Assembly (NCBI GenBank): GCA_965112735.1
Contig: OZ218963.1
Span: 1,426,001-1,490,000 of the forward strand
Direction of reading: 5' to 3'
DNA length: 64,000 bases
Source: Phaeosaccion multiseriatum
Taxonomy: Eukaryota > Protista > Ochrophyta, other classes
The first letter of the stretch is position 1. Every line of letters starts with the position of its first letter. The notes beneath the pieces were generated by a model, which made no database searches, was not told where the DNA came from, and saw only the letters and a list, made by a program, of their open reading frames with translations. Below are positions 49,901 through 62,529 of the stretch, one piece after another. A program made the translations under genes and the position numbers.

Positions 49901-52041
49901 TCAGGCGACCACCCACTGGCCTTGTTCGTCGTAGGCCCCCTCCACCCCTTCCTCCTCAGCCTGCTGGCCAGCAGAGCGTTCCTCTCCAGCACCCAATTGT
50001 TCGAGGGACTGTTGTCCCGTTCCACCCTTAAGGAACTGTGAGAGAAGGGGCGACGTATTGGAAGGGATCGGTCAGCGAAAAGCGGGACAGGGAAGAGATG
50101 GAGGGGTGCCAAAAGTAGTCCATCAAGCTATGCATGTTGAGGAGGAGGGGCGTTCCAAACCCCTCTCGACGACTGAAGTCGAAGCAAGAAGCAGCAAGTC
50201 CCCTCCTCCTCTCTCGTGTCTGAGTTGCAGGCGGAGGCACACACTTGCGTCGATCTCAAGCTAAGCCCACCCGGACACAACATACGTATGCATGCGTGCG
50301 TTTTCCTCCCCAGCAAGCAACAACAATAACACCCCCCCACACACACACCTTGGCCTTGACCTCCTCGGCGTTTTCAAGCTCCACCTGCGCCCAGTCCCTC
50401 AGGCCGCCCATATGCTGCAGCATGCTCACGGCCTCGATGAGCTCCTCCTCCTTCTCGAACTGCTTCTCCTTGAACAATACACGCGCCCGCGCCACTGCGG
50501 AGCCCAGTTTGGCGTAGGTTGGGCTCTCAACGAGCTCCTTCAGATATGGCATTTGCTCCGATCGAGACAACTCATCGAAACTTGAGGCCTTTTAGTGACG
50601 ACAGGGAGCAAACATTGCATTGCGTTAGGCAGGAGGACGGAGGACGGGGGGGGGGGACGTTTGCTCGCGCGATTGCTACGGAGGGAGAGTTCCGCTCTTT
50701 GTCCATATTCATTCCACGGAATCACCTTCCTTGCACGAAAGAAAGGGCCGAATGGGCGACGTACACCCCGACAGTACAACATATGAAGACCCCAGCGCTG
50801 TGTGTGTGTTTGTGTGTGTGGTGCTTAGCTGTCTCTCTCTTTCTCACACACACACACACACAAACTCTTTCTCACACACACACACACACAAACACACACA
50901 CTCACCTTCTGGCACATCTCTCTTGAGAAGTAGCAGGCAAAGCGCAAGTCGTCAAGCAGCGCCTTCTTGGCCTTGGCCTTGGCCTCCGCGTCGTCATCTT
51001 CGAAGCGTGGGTCTTCGTACTCCACCTCCTGCGTCTCGTTATTGATGAAAACAATGTCAGCGTTCTCGTCCGATGCCATCGTCCTACGACAAGAAGGGGG
51101 GGGGAGGGGCAGTACAGGGTGGGGTAGGGTAGGGTAGGGTAGGGTCCAAAGGTCAAACAGGAGTTACATACAGGCAACAGAAGAGCATCTTGAGTTACAT
51201 ACAGGCAACAGAAGAGCATCTTGAGTTACACATATACACATGCAGGCAACAGAAGAGCATCTTGAGTTACACGTATACACATACAGGCAACAGAAGAGCA
51301 TCTTGAGTTACACATATACACATACAGGCAACAGAAGAGCTTCTTGAGTTACATACAGGCAACAGAAGAGCATCTTGAGTTACATACAGGCAACAGAAGA
51401 GCATCTTGAGTTACATACAGGCAACAGAAGAGCATCTTGAGCACGTCGGTCACAGCACAGAGGATGGATCTTAGCTCGTGGGGTGCGAAAGAGGTAGAGG
51501 GGGGGGATGTCGACTGAGAGAGTAGAGAGATGAGAGATATAGTGGGGTGGGGCATCAACTCCCTGCCCTTGCTTGAGGGGAGGGAGGGGGGGACTTGTCC
51601 TTGTCCAGTGACAGATGGCAGTGACGGACGTACCATTGCTCGGCATTCTCGTGCGCGTATCGGATAACGCCGGATTGCTCGTCGAACCTGCAAAGGAGGC
51701 GCAAACATGCACAAGCGAGCCATTGTATTGCATTACATGTGTTAGGTCAGCCGGCAAAGTACGGTACGCAAGTGGAGGGAGGGAAAGGTGGGAGGGGGGC
51801 GTTGGCAGGGTAGTATGGGGGATCGGAAAAGAGCAGAGGGGCACGGCTTGAAGGAGGGCATGAAAAGAGAGGAGAGGGGTATGTCTCAACCACGGGCAGG
51901 TCCAGCAAGAAGGGCAGAGGGACGGGGAAGCAGTGCCCACACTCGGTATGTAGGCACTTTAGACGAAGCCTCCCAGTATGTACATGTACGTGTGCTCGCC
52001 TTGGCACACGAGATATGTACACACTAGTCCGTCTGTGCACG

Positions 52042-52080
<39 letters not shown>

Positions 52081-54355
52081 TCGCACTACTCACACTCTCA
52101 CTAGTCTGTGCTCACACTCACCACTCACTCGTACACACACACTTGTACACACACACGCACACACACACTGCTCCTCCCAAACGCCCTTCTTGCGAGTCCT
52201 ATACGCCACGCCCTCTCCTACCCCGCATGCCCCGCGCACCCCCCTGCCTGCAAACATGGAACGACCAACGTGGGTCGTACGTACCAGCGCATCTTGCCGG
52301 CTTGCTCGTCCCACAGCTTGACCCATCTTGTGTCCTGAGCAAAGAGGACGAGGTTGGCCGCCTCCTTCTTGCGCAGCGCCGCCGCTCGGAGCTTTTGCCG
52401 CACCACGTCGGGGTCCACGGTGTTTCGGTACTCCACCCACACCTGCGCACGCACACACACAGGGAGAGAGAGAGCCACCGCAGCATCGCGTGAGTGAAGC
52501 CGAAACGAAACTGCAACCCAAGCAAGACACACGCCCGACGAGCTTGAGGCTTGAGGCTTGAGGCTTGAGGCTCAGAAGTAGGCAGAAAGAGGTAGACGTG
52601 CCCATCATCTGCCCGACTTTGAACATGTCGCGCACATCGTCACCAAAACAGAGTCAAACGGGGTCACGAGAAAGAGAGAGGAAGGGAGGGGGGGGAGGGA
52701 GAGGAAGAGGGACAGCGAAAAAGAGAGAGGGAGAGGGAGGACTAGATGGGACACGCATCGATCGCTGCTCACCCCGTTGGTCTGCAGTGAGATGCGTTCC
52801 TGGTTGGCGTACAGGTCCATCCACTCGTGGTCTCCATCTTCGTAGTCGAGGCGGTGCTTTCCTGATTGTGAGTGGATGCGTGAGTGAGCGAGTGAGTGAG
52901 GTGAGCCGTGCGTGAGGGAATGAGTGAGTGAGTGAGTGAGTGAGTGAGTGAGTGCGTGAGGGAGTGAGCGAGAGAATGAGCGAGTGAGTCCGTGGGCGTA
53001 AGAGGAAGAGCGCAGATCGCAGACGAGGACGAGGGGATGCTATCATTGTCGTCCATGTGCAAAGTTAGGAGTCCAAGGTATGGATGGCCCAATGAGCCCC
53101 GCACCTCTCCCCCTGTGGAACTTTTGTGATGGTGCACATGAAGGAAGCTTGTTCGCTGGGCCAATACACATTCGCAACGCGGCCGATGAGGCCCGTCTCG
53201 AAGCCGAAGGGGCGATGGTCTGCGAGGGGTAAGGACACGCGAGAGAAAGCAGAGCAGAAGGACGGCCAATGGAGGAAACAACAAGAGCCCAAGTAGGGGT
53301 CTACGTGAAGGAGGCTGCTGGATCACAACTGAATCACAAACTGCGGCTGCACTGCTGCTGCACTGCGGCTGTACTGCTGCTACCCTGTCGGTCGGCGTGA
53401 TGAGGGCCCCACCGGCTCGCACGCACCCACCTGATCTCTCGTTGAGTACGGAGTTGAACCAGTAGGCCATTTGCTGCACCTCGTCCCAGGCCTCCTCCCA
53501 ATACGCGTCCGCCTCGTCCACCTCCTCGTCCTCGCTGCACATAAGAAGCAGCAGTGCGGCAGCAGCAGTAGTGCGGTAGTAACAGAAGCAGCAGCAGTAG
53601 TGGAGCAAGTAGTAGTAGTAGCGCGCAGTAACAGCAGCAGCAGCAGCAGCAGCAAGCAGTAGCAGTAATGGCAGCAGCAGCAGTCGCAGTAGCAGTCGCC
53701 GCAGCAGTCGCAGCAACAGTTGGCAGTAACAGCAGCGAGGGGCGTGGTGAGCGGGGTCAAGGGATCGCACGTCGGGACCGCATGCGAGGAGGAACAAAAA
53801 CAAATCTGAGGGACACAACTGGTACCCGGAGGGAAGACACTTTTGCCAACGTGAAACTGAAAACTGTGCGTTTTCAGTTGGTAACTCAGCGCACTCACAC
53901 GCCCACCACGCACCTGCAGGAGTCCCTGTTGTAATCCTCCACGTGCTTCCTCCACCTGGGCACAGGGGCAAAGAGGCCGCCCGCAGAGACAAGTAGGTCA
54001 GCATGCGTAAGGTCACGGTCCATGAATGAGCAAGCAGAGACAAGCAGGTCAGCACACGTAGGGTCGCGTTAGCATGGATAAGTAAAGCAGAGACAAGTCA
54101 GCAAGTCAGCACACATCAGAACACTGACGGACTGCCTGTCTGCCTGATTGACTGACCTGGTGCTGACCATCTCCGCCCGCTCGTCCACCTCGAGCTCCTG
54201 TCTCTTCAGCACATACGCGGTGACGGCATTGAGGCGCAGGAGTTGCCAGCTCATCACTCGGCTGCCTCGGAAGGTTCTCTGAATGTCCGTGGCGCACGCT
54301 GTGTGGTGCGTCCAGATTGTGAACCTGTCTCAACACACACAGATTCATACACGGC

Positions 54356-54387
<32 letters not shown>

Positions 54388-57300
54388 AGAGTAGGGGGGG
54401 GGGTGACAAGGTAGAGAGAGGAAGGGAGGGAGGGGGGGGGAGGGGGACAGGCGGGGGCAGAAAGAGATGAAATTGCGTCGAAGACATCAAAGAAAGCTCC
54501 TCTGAAGGACGTCTCGAGCACTTCCTCTGAAGGAAAATGGGATACAGGTAGGTAGGTGGGTAGGTAGACAGGCAGGTAGAAAATATCACTTTTGCATGGC
54601 CGCACCTTCTCCTCCACTCCATCCTGGCCAGCATGCCCCTGAAGGCCGCTTGGATGACGATGGCCTTTCTGTGACGGGCCCTCTTGAGCCGCATCATCTC
54701 CTTGAGCATGACGGCCCCATTGTACTTTCCTAAGCAGCCCCTCCAAAAGATCTGTTTGAGTGGAGAGGTCGTATGTGTATGGGATGTGCATGTTTCAAAA
54801 GAGAGGGGAGAAGGTTGCGATGCACGGCCAGTCAGTCAGTCGGTTACTCAGACAGGTCGGGCGGTCAGTCAGTCAGTCCTTCAGCCGGTCAGCAGGACGG
54901 TCAATCCAGTCAGCCAGTCAATCAGTCAGTCAGTTAGTCCGTTTGTCAGTCGGATAGTCAGTCCGTGAGTCAGTCTGTTGGAGTGATGCGTACCTGTATA
55001 ATTTTGGCCGCTCGGAGCTCGAGTTGCCGCTGCACCTCTCTCTCCACTTTGAGCCGCCGCAAGACACAGCAGCTAATATACACCCGAGCCACTGCCTACG
55101 GGAGGGGGGGGGGGGCGATAGATATTGGGATGAGGAAAACACAGGCTCTTTAAAGGGGGCTCCGAGGGCCTCCCCAGGGAGGGGGTCCACGGGGAGAGGA
55201 GCAAGTCCTGCGCTCAATGCACCCAAAGAAGCATTCATCCAAGAGCTCCTCTCCTCCGCACACTCCTACCCCTCCCCATCCTTCCCCTCCCCTCTGTCCC
55301 TCCCTCTCTCCGTCCTTCCCTTCCTCCCTCCCTCCCGCCCCTCCCCACCCCACCTGGATACACTTTGCCGAATGGTCCTCGTCCCTCCGCCTCTGTGTCA
55401 CCACCTCACTCCACGCGGCGCACTTTCTCGAGGACAAGAAGTAGCGCAAAACCGCAGCGATGCGAACTGCCGCGGCGTTCTGTTGAGGGGAGGAGGGGAG
55501 GGGGGGAGGGGAGGACGGAGCAGGGGAGGATGGATTTTGGGAGGTTGGTTGGCTGGTTGGTTGGTTGGTTGGTTCGTTCTCATGCGTTCATGGGGGGAAG
55601 GTGGGCGGGGATGGTGACCCTTGTACGTGAGGAAGGAGCCGGGGGGGGGATGATGGTACGCAGGAGGGGGACAGCGGTGGGCGGTGAAACGCGTACTGGC
55701 AAGCCCTGGCAAGCGCGCCCCATGTATCCTCACAGCAAACAGAAATAGTACACACTAGGGGTGACACGTTCACACACGCCATAAGGTGCCATCCTATTGA
55801 CAAACGAGGCGTTTCAGAAGGCCGTGCGGGCCTGCCTCACCTGCAGCTCCACTTTCCGATTGCGGTGGACGATTTGGAGCGCCATGTGCACAAATTGGTC
55901 CTGCCGACGCACAAGATGACCCCTGCACAGCGGCAGGAAGCAAGCAAGCAAGAAAGCAAGCAAGAAAGCAAGCAAGGAAACAAGATGCAAGCAGGCAGGC
56001 AGGCAGGCAGGCAGGCAGGCACGCAGGTACGCAGGCAGGCAGGCCAGTAAGTGTGCAAGCAAGTAAGTAAGCAAGCAGACAAGAAAACAACCAAACAGGT
56101 GGGGGGTGATGTGAGTCGGAGGGAACACACCCCGACACCCCGCATGGGCACGGCACTCTCATGCTCACTTCCTTACCTGAATGCGGCCTGGATAGGAATG
56201 GCATTCGCTCCTTTGGCCATGAGCTGTGCCCTCTCTACTCGGCACTCTGCCGCAAAGCACCGCACTCTGTGCCAAGCAAAGGAGAACCCCCAAATCAACC
56301 CCCCCCCGAGCGGGTGGTAAACATGTGGTAGAGAGAGGGGGGTGAGAGAGACAGAGAGAGAGGTAGAGAGAGACAGATAGAGAGAGAGGCAGACAAGAAG
56401 AAAGCGTGTGAGAGAGAGACGGGCAGGGATGCCGACTTTTGGGACTTTGGACCGTCGCGGCCTCCCCTGCAACAGACACGCCTCACAAGATGCGGATCCG
56501 AATAATGGGGGTGGTCAACCGACCCCCCAAGTCTTCCTCCCCTCCTCCCCTCCCATTCTCGCAGAAGGACAACAGAAGAAACGACGCAAGACTTTCACAC
56601 GAGGCGAAATACTTGCCTGTAGCCCCGATACACCCTCTGGACAAGTCGTGCCCCGATGTCCGCCTCCCTCCAGTACACCTTCTCCTTGATAGCCGCAGCC
56701 CGCAGGTGCCGCTGAAACGCCATTTGTATCTGCAGAGCCGCATTGTCCAAGCGCTCGTTCTCTTGCCGCTCTTGCTCGCGGAGGCTGTGGCGGAGGGAGG
56801 GGGGGGGGGTGAGAGCCTCTAAGTGGTGCGTAGTGCTTCGCTTACCCCCGGTGGCAGTAGGAGTAATTGACGTATCGGAAGACAACGTGCAGGGGGGGAG
56901 GGGGGGGTCGAGGAAATACGATTGTATGCCCTTCTTCAAGCGCACGGCCACACACTGCCCATACATATACAGAGTACATGCATACAAAGCCCATGCATGG
57001 CACACACATACACAGCAGGCTCGCCCTCTGCTTTGACCGATGCGGGGCTTTTGTCTCCCACCGAACCAAAAACAAATGTTACGCACCTACTCCAAAAGCT
57101 TCCCCAGCGTTTCTGAATGAGCCGCGCCGCCGCCGTCTCCACCTGATACTGCGCTTCTTCCACTCTCTGATGCACCAAGTCTGGGCGAGGCAAAAAGCCA
57201 AAGAAAGTGCGCGCCTGTGCAGTGCGTGCCCAGCGCAGGGGGGGGGGGAAGGGGGGAAGGGAGGAAGGGAGGGAGGGAGGAGGGAGGTAGGTAGGAGGGA

Positions 57301-59117
57301 GGGAGGGAGGGAGGTAGGAGAGAGGGGGGGGAGGAGGGTCTCTACACATCAGTGGATGATAAGAAGCGTCTCTCGCGGCCCATCGACGAAGCACTGCAGC
57401 GCTAACCCCATTCAGCCCCCCCCCAGACCATCTCTCTGAAACTGTCCACAGTGCGTGTGGAGAAGAAGGAAGGCAAATCCCCCTCTTTCCCCCCCACCGA
57501 GCTCTCATCGCCCTTCCCCTTACGTACTACCCTTACGTTCTACTGTTTACCTCTCCTTGCGTACTACTGCTTACCTCCATGACAAACGCCTTGCCCACCC
57601 CGTCCACGAGTGCTCGGAGTCCGTTGGTGGACACCTCCATACAGCCGGTGATGTTGAGCGTCTGTAGAGAGGGGCAAGCCTGTGCCACCACACACAGGCC
57701 TTTCTCGGACACCGCTCTGGCGCTGGCAATGTTCAGGGCCTAGTGCAGTAAGGAGGGAGGAGGGAAGTAGGGAGGGAGGTACGGAGGGAGGGAGGGAGGG
57801 AGGAATGGAGGAAGGGATGGAGGTAGGTAGGTACGAAGGAAGGGAGGGAGGGAGGAAGGGAGGGATGGAGGTAGATAGGTAGGTAGGTAGGTAGGTAGGA
57901 GGGGGGGGGGAAGGAGGGAGGAAGGGAGGGAGGGAGGCAGGTTGGTGGGTAGGTAGGTAGGTCGGTAGGTAGGTCGGTAGGTAGGAGGGAGGGAGGGAAG
58001 GAGGGAGGTAGGTAGGTAGGTAGGCAGGGAGGAGGGAGGTAAATAGGAATGGGGGGAGATGGTGTAGAGGGGCTGAATGTGGCGGCGCTAGGCATGGGCG
58101 CGTGCGGGAGTGTATGGCGCAACCTCCACGCTCGAAAGAACGCACACATAGCAAACACCCCCCGTCCTCGACAAGACCAACCTGAAGGTGGGGGCAGCCC
58201 CGAGCTAAGGCCGTGATGCCCCTGTCGGTCACCCGGAAGGACCCGGGAAGGGCCAGCGACTTGAGCTCGGGGCAGCGTCTGCCGAGCGCGTGCAGACACG
58301 TGTCGCTGAGCTCAAAGCAATGGCTCACGTTAAGAACTTGAAGCTGCGGGCAGCCCTGCGGTGCGTGCGGAAAGAGGAAGAGTAAACGGGGCCAGCGGAG
58401 CGAAGCCTGATGGGTTGGTGATTTGACGGAAACAATGCCCGCAATAGCTCCCATACAATACCGACAATAGCTCCTCGGCTGTGTGTATACAGTTCCGAGC
58501 ACCACCCCGATCCTTCTTCCTCCTTCCAAGTCGCTCCGTGATTGATTTCAGCTCCGCTTGGACGCTTGCTGTTAACCCCCCCCCCTGGACGTACCTTGGC
58601 TATAGAGACGATTCCCTTGTCGCTGACATTCTCACAGCTGTCGAGGCTGATAAACCTGAGATTCCGGCAGGCCCCGCTCGTCCCCCCTCCTTCCCTTTCC
58701 CCCTTTCTCTGGAAAGGCCGGCCCCTTTCTCTGGTCTGGCTGTTGCTTGCCCCCCTGCCGCCGCCCCTCCGCCCCTTTGCCGTGCTCCTGCTCATGCCTT
58801 CGTCCTCAAGCTGCTGGCCGCCTCGCCGGAGGGAGGGGTCGAAATTCGCAAGTCCCCTGTCCGAAACCCCATTACATTGCTTCATAGAGAGGGACTGCAG
58901 CAAAGAACAAGCGGTCCCGAAACCGATCGTACCAGTGATGTATCCAAGGCACTCGTCCGTGAGTCTGCGCCGGGTCGACAAGAGAGGACAGGAACAACAA
59001 GGGGGGGGGGGGGCAGAGAGGTTTAGAAATGTACACGGAGGGATAGAGAGGTGTAAATAGTTCATGTTCGTTCGTTTCAGTCCGTCAAGATGCCGAAGAT
59101 AGCGTTGCAGCTGATTG

Positions 59118-59165
<48 letters not shown>

Positions 59166-59855
59166 TACACACACACACACACACAAACACGCACACACAC
59201 ACCTTTGGCAGCGGGAGAGATTGAGGCTGGTCAGCGTTGGTCCGCAGCTCACGGCCACAGCTCTGCAGCCCTGATTGGTGACAGAAAGACAGTCCGAGAG
59301 GTCGAGCGAGGCTAGCGCGAAGAGGCGAGGCACAAACACCTCAAGCATTGCGTCGGTCACGGCCGTACGGGCCAGGCTACAGGACTTGAGGGTATAGCCC
59401 TGGGGCGGAACAGAGGGGATGGGGTGGTGAGGGAAATTGTGTTGGTTGGGACAATTTGTGCAATGAGCCCAACGAAGGAAAGGGGGAAGGGGGCAGCCGA
59501 ATGGTTTGAGAGGGGACGGAACGAGGTGGTGCCTCATCCACAAACCGAACTTTGCGGTAAGCGTTTCCTTCACACCGTTCTCTCTATTGAAGGCGGTTTC
59601 TTAAGGCCGTGGAGGATATACCACGCACATACCAACACCCCCTTCCCTCCTCTTACCGAAGATAGATTGAGACTCCTCAAGGCACTGACGCTGACCCCCT
59701 GCTCCGGCCCGCCCCTCCAATCGCTAAAGTCGGCCGTCTCCAAAGGGTGGGTGTGCCGTAAACCGTCCCACATTTCTCCCTCATGGAGCCCCTCGATGCG
59801 CTGCGCACGGACATCGACCCGCTGCACGGACGGAGGAAGCTCTGCCAACACTGCC
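49901..59855 (-). CDS. Large Cys-containing-LRR (FBXL/AMN1-type) + IQ calmodulin-binding + WW-domain protein; 5' exon(s) not found in the window
   Basis: LRRs: LASLDLSDCLSVTNQG, LRFISLDSCENVSDKG, LQVLNVSHCFELSD, LKSLALPGSFRVTDRG. IQ: LQIQMAFQRH, LVQRVYRGY, IQAAFRGMLAR. WW-like: WVKLWDEQAGKMRW, YWEEAWDEVQQMAYWFN, FINNETQEVEYEDP. The last exon ends ...GQWVVA* at 49901. Confidence 0.8.
51161..51440. repeat. Intronic minisatellite with 31-bp and 43-bp unit variants
   Basis: GAGTTACATACAGGCAACAGAAGAGCATCTT, about 8 copies; three carry a 12-bp CA/TA insert. Confidence 0.9.
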
Positions 59856-59914
59856 CTGGGAGTGGAGGGGTGTTGCGATATCTCCTCTACGATGACAGGG
59901 ACAAGCTAGAGTAG

Positions 59915-62290
59915 TGTCAACTCGTGTATTAATAATACCTACTGAGAGATGCGTTCAAGGAAGTGATGGCCGTGGCCATACATGAATATCGATATCCACA
60001 TCGATATTGTACGTCGATATAGTGCTCAGTCACAACTGGCGATGCTCATCACAACACCCTCCTATGACTGAATCACTATCTCTCTTGATAGCTGACACTC
60101 TACTACAAACACAATGAGGAAACACCTGACTTGCCCTAAAACCCCCCGAGACAAAGTCCTGAAAACCTCATACTAAAACTACTGAACTAAAACTAGTCCC
60201 CCCCTTTCCTGTCTCCCTTCTTGAGCATCTGCCCCGCCAGACCGCTGTGTACCTGAGGTGCCAATGCCTTGGTCATGATGTCCCCAAGCTGGTCCTTTGT
60301 GCTGATGTACTGAAACCGAACGTGTCCCTTGTCCACGTGGTACTGCAGGAAATGATAACGAATGTCGATGTGACGTACGCGCTTGGTGCCCGCGTTGCCA
60401 TTTGCCATCTGAATGCACCCTTGATTGTCCTCGTGCACAATCGACTCCGTCATGTTGGCTCCTGGAAACAGAAACTCCAGAATCCCTCTGTAAAACAGCA
60501 ACTCCTTCACGTCATCTGCCCAGCTCGAGTCTGTACAGATCTTGCTCGCACCGAACCCTCGTGCCACGCTGACCCCTTCCGTACTTCTCTGTGGGTAGCG
60601 CATCCCAGTCCGTCTCATGTGCGCCTCTGTCACCCTCACTGGTTGTCTCATACGTCCAATAACGACTGGCCTGCATAGTCTCCAGGTTCTGCTCTGCCTT
60701 GCTGTGATCTGGCTGCTCTGCTCTTGCTGCTCCGTTCTGCCTTGCTCTGATATGGCTGCTCTGCTCTGCCTTGCTCTGCTCTGGCTGTTCTTCTCTTGCT
60801 GCTCTGCCCTGCCTCGCTCTGCTCTGGCTTGCTCTGCTATGCCGCACTTCCTGCTGCTGCTCGGCTGTTGGACGCCTCTGTGTCTCTGCTGTCTCTGCCT
60901 GCTGCCGCTTCCGCTGTGCGACTGGCTCTGCCTGTCTGTTGTCTTTGCCCCTTTCGGGAGTGGGCCCGTCCCTGCACGACGCTGCATATACTCTCCCGCC
61001 CGGCAGCGGAATGTCCGATGCTGCCTGTGCCTCGAGTCTCATAGACTTTCTCGTTGGTGCCACTGCCTCTCCGTGCAGGTCTGCTTTCCCTACTTCTGTC
61101 GGCTTTTCTTCCTGTGCTGCCTGCTGCTGTTTGCGCTGCTGTTCGCGATGCTGTTCGCGCTGCTCCACCAGTTGCTCCGTGTTTTCTCTGACTCCCTCTC
61201 TCTCTGTGGGACTCACGTCAGTCCCCACAAGCCCGCGGCTTGCTCCTACCCCTACCAAGTTCTCTACTCCTGGGTATATCTGGATGGCCTCCAACTCTGC
61301 CATCGACTCTGTTTTCCCCGGCTCTCGCTGCCGTGGCTCAGCCTGTTTCGGCTCTGGTTGCTGCTCTGCCTCTCCCGGCTCTGCACGCTCTGGTTGCTGC
61401 TCTACCGCTCCCGGCTCTGCACGCTCTGGTTGTTGCTCTACCGCTCCCGGCTTTGCACGCTCTGGTTGCTGCTCTGCCGCTCCCGGCTCTGCACGCTCTG
61501 GTTGTTGCTCTGCCGCTCCCGGCTTTGCACGCTCTGGTTGTTGCTGTTCCTCGGGCCGGTCTACTGACGAACCTTCTCCGTGGCTCCCGCTGTCACCACT
61601 TCCCCCCTCCGCACTGCTTCTACTTCGTCCCCAGGGTTGGCTCTCATCCTCCCTGTCTTCTCCCTCTTGCGACTGGTTTGACACCGATACTTCCGGTGCC
61701 ATTGCCACCCCCTCCGGCCTGCTGCTGCTGCGTCCCCAGGGTGGGTCTTCTTCCTTCCGCGTGATCTGACTTCCCGCATTTTGCTCATCGTCCCCCCCAC
61801 CCCCTGTATCACCAGGTGGGGCATTTCGTGCTGGCGCCGCTGCACTGACCTTCCTGACGCTGTATCTTGGGGATGGTGCTTGTGCACCGCCCCCCCCTAC
61901 TCTGTAGTAGTCTGAGGGTTCACTGATAGACTCTGCACCAGTGTTCCACTCTCTCCGCGGGATCTGACTTCCCGCATTTTTTCTCATCCCCCCTTCCCCG
62001 GTGTCGCCGGGTGGGGTGCGGGGGACTGGTGCCGCTGCACCTGTCCCTCCTCTGCCCGAGCTGCTACTGCCACCTCTGCGGCTGCTGCTCGAGTTTACTC
62101 TGGCCTTTGTGGCCCCCAACACTGTTCCTCCTCCCGAGGTCTTGCTGGCCGACGCTGCCGCGGTCTTATTTCCCCCGCGCAGTGCCCTAAGTGCTTTCGT
62201 CTCGCTGTTCTCTGTGTGGTAGATTGTCCTGCCTGAGGGTTTCCGGTCACACATTCTGGGGTATAATAAGAATGTCGGTTTCCTAGGCAC
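59915..62290 (-). mobile_element. Internally deleted Ty1/Copia retrotransposon (3' part)
   Basis: Copia RNase H: IVHEDNQGCIQMA...KRVRHIDIRYHFL...ISTKDQLGDIMTKAL (60193-60510). RT remnant VARGF and RNase H start TDSSWADD. Candidate 3' LTR on the minus strand reads AGGAGGG|TGTTG (60056) ... TGACA (59915). Confidence 0.85.
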
Positions 62291-62529
62291 GCCCCGAGGG
62301 GGTTCAACGGCTCTAGCGTTTCACCCTCCTCTTTGTGGGCACAAGCTTTGCATCAGCAAGTAGTAGAGATATATTATCAATACGGACACTGACGCCCCAC
62401 CATAGGCGCAGCATATACTTAGTCCAAACCCCGCAACGTTTCTACTATCTTAGCTTAGCACAGAACTAGTTCTCGCTTTAGAAAAGCTTTGGAGAAGGAT
62501 TTTCTCGGACCGATTGGAGGAGCGGCATC

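Noticed and set aside
51161-51440. 31-bp repeat of CRISPR-like length
   Set aside because: Head-to-tail with no variable spacers; an intronic minisatellite.
60617-61769. Plus-strand Cys/Leu-rich ORFs
   Set aside because: Antisense shadows of the Copia linker repeats.
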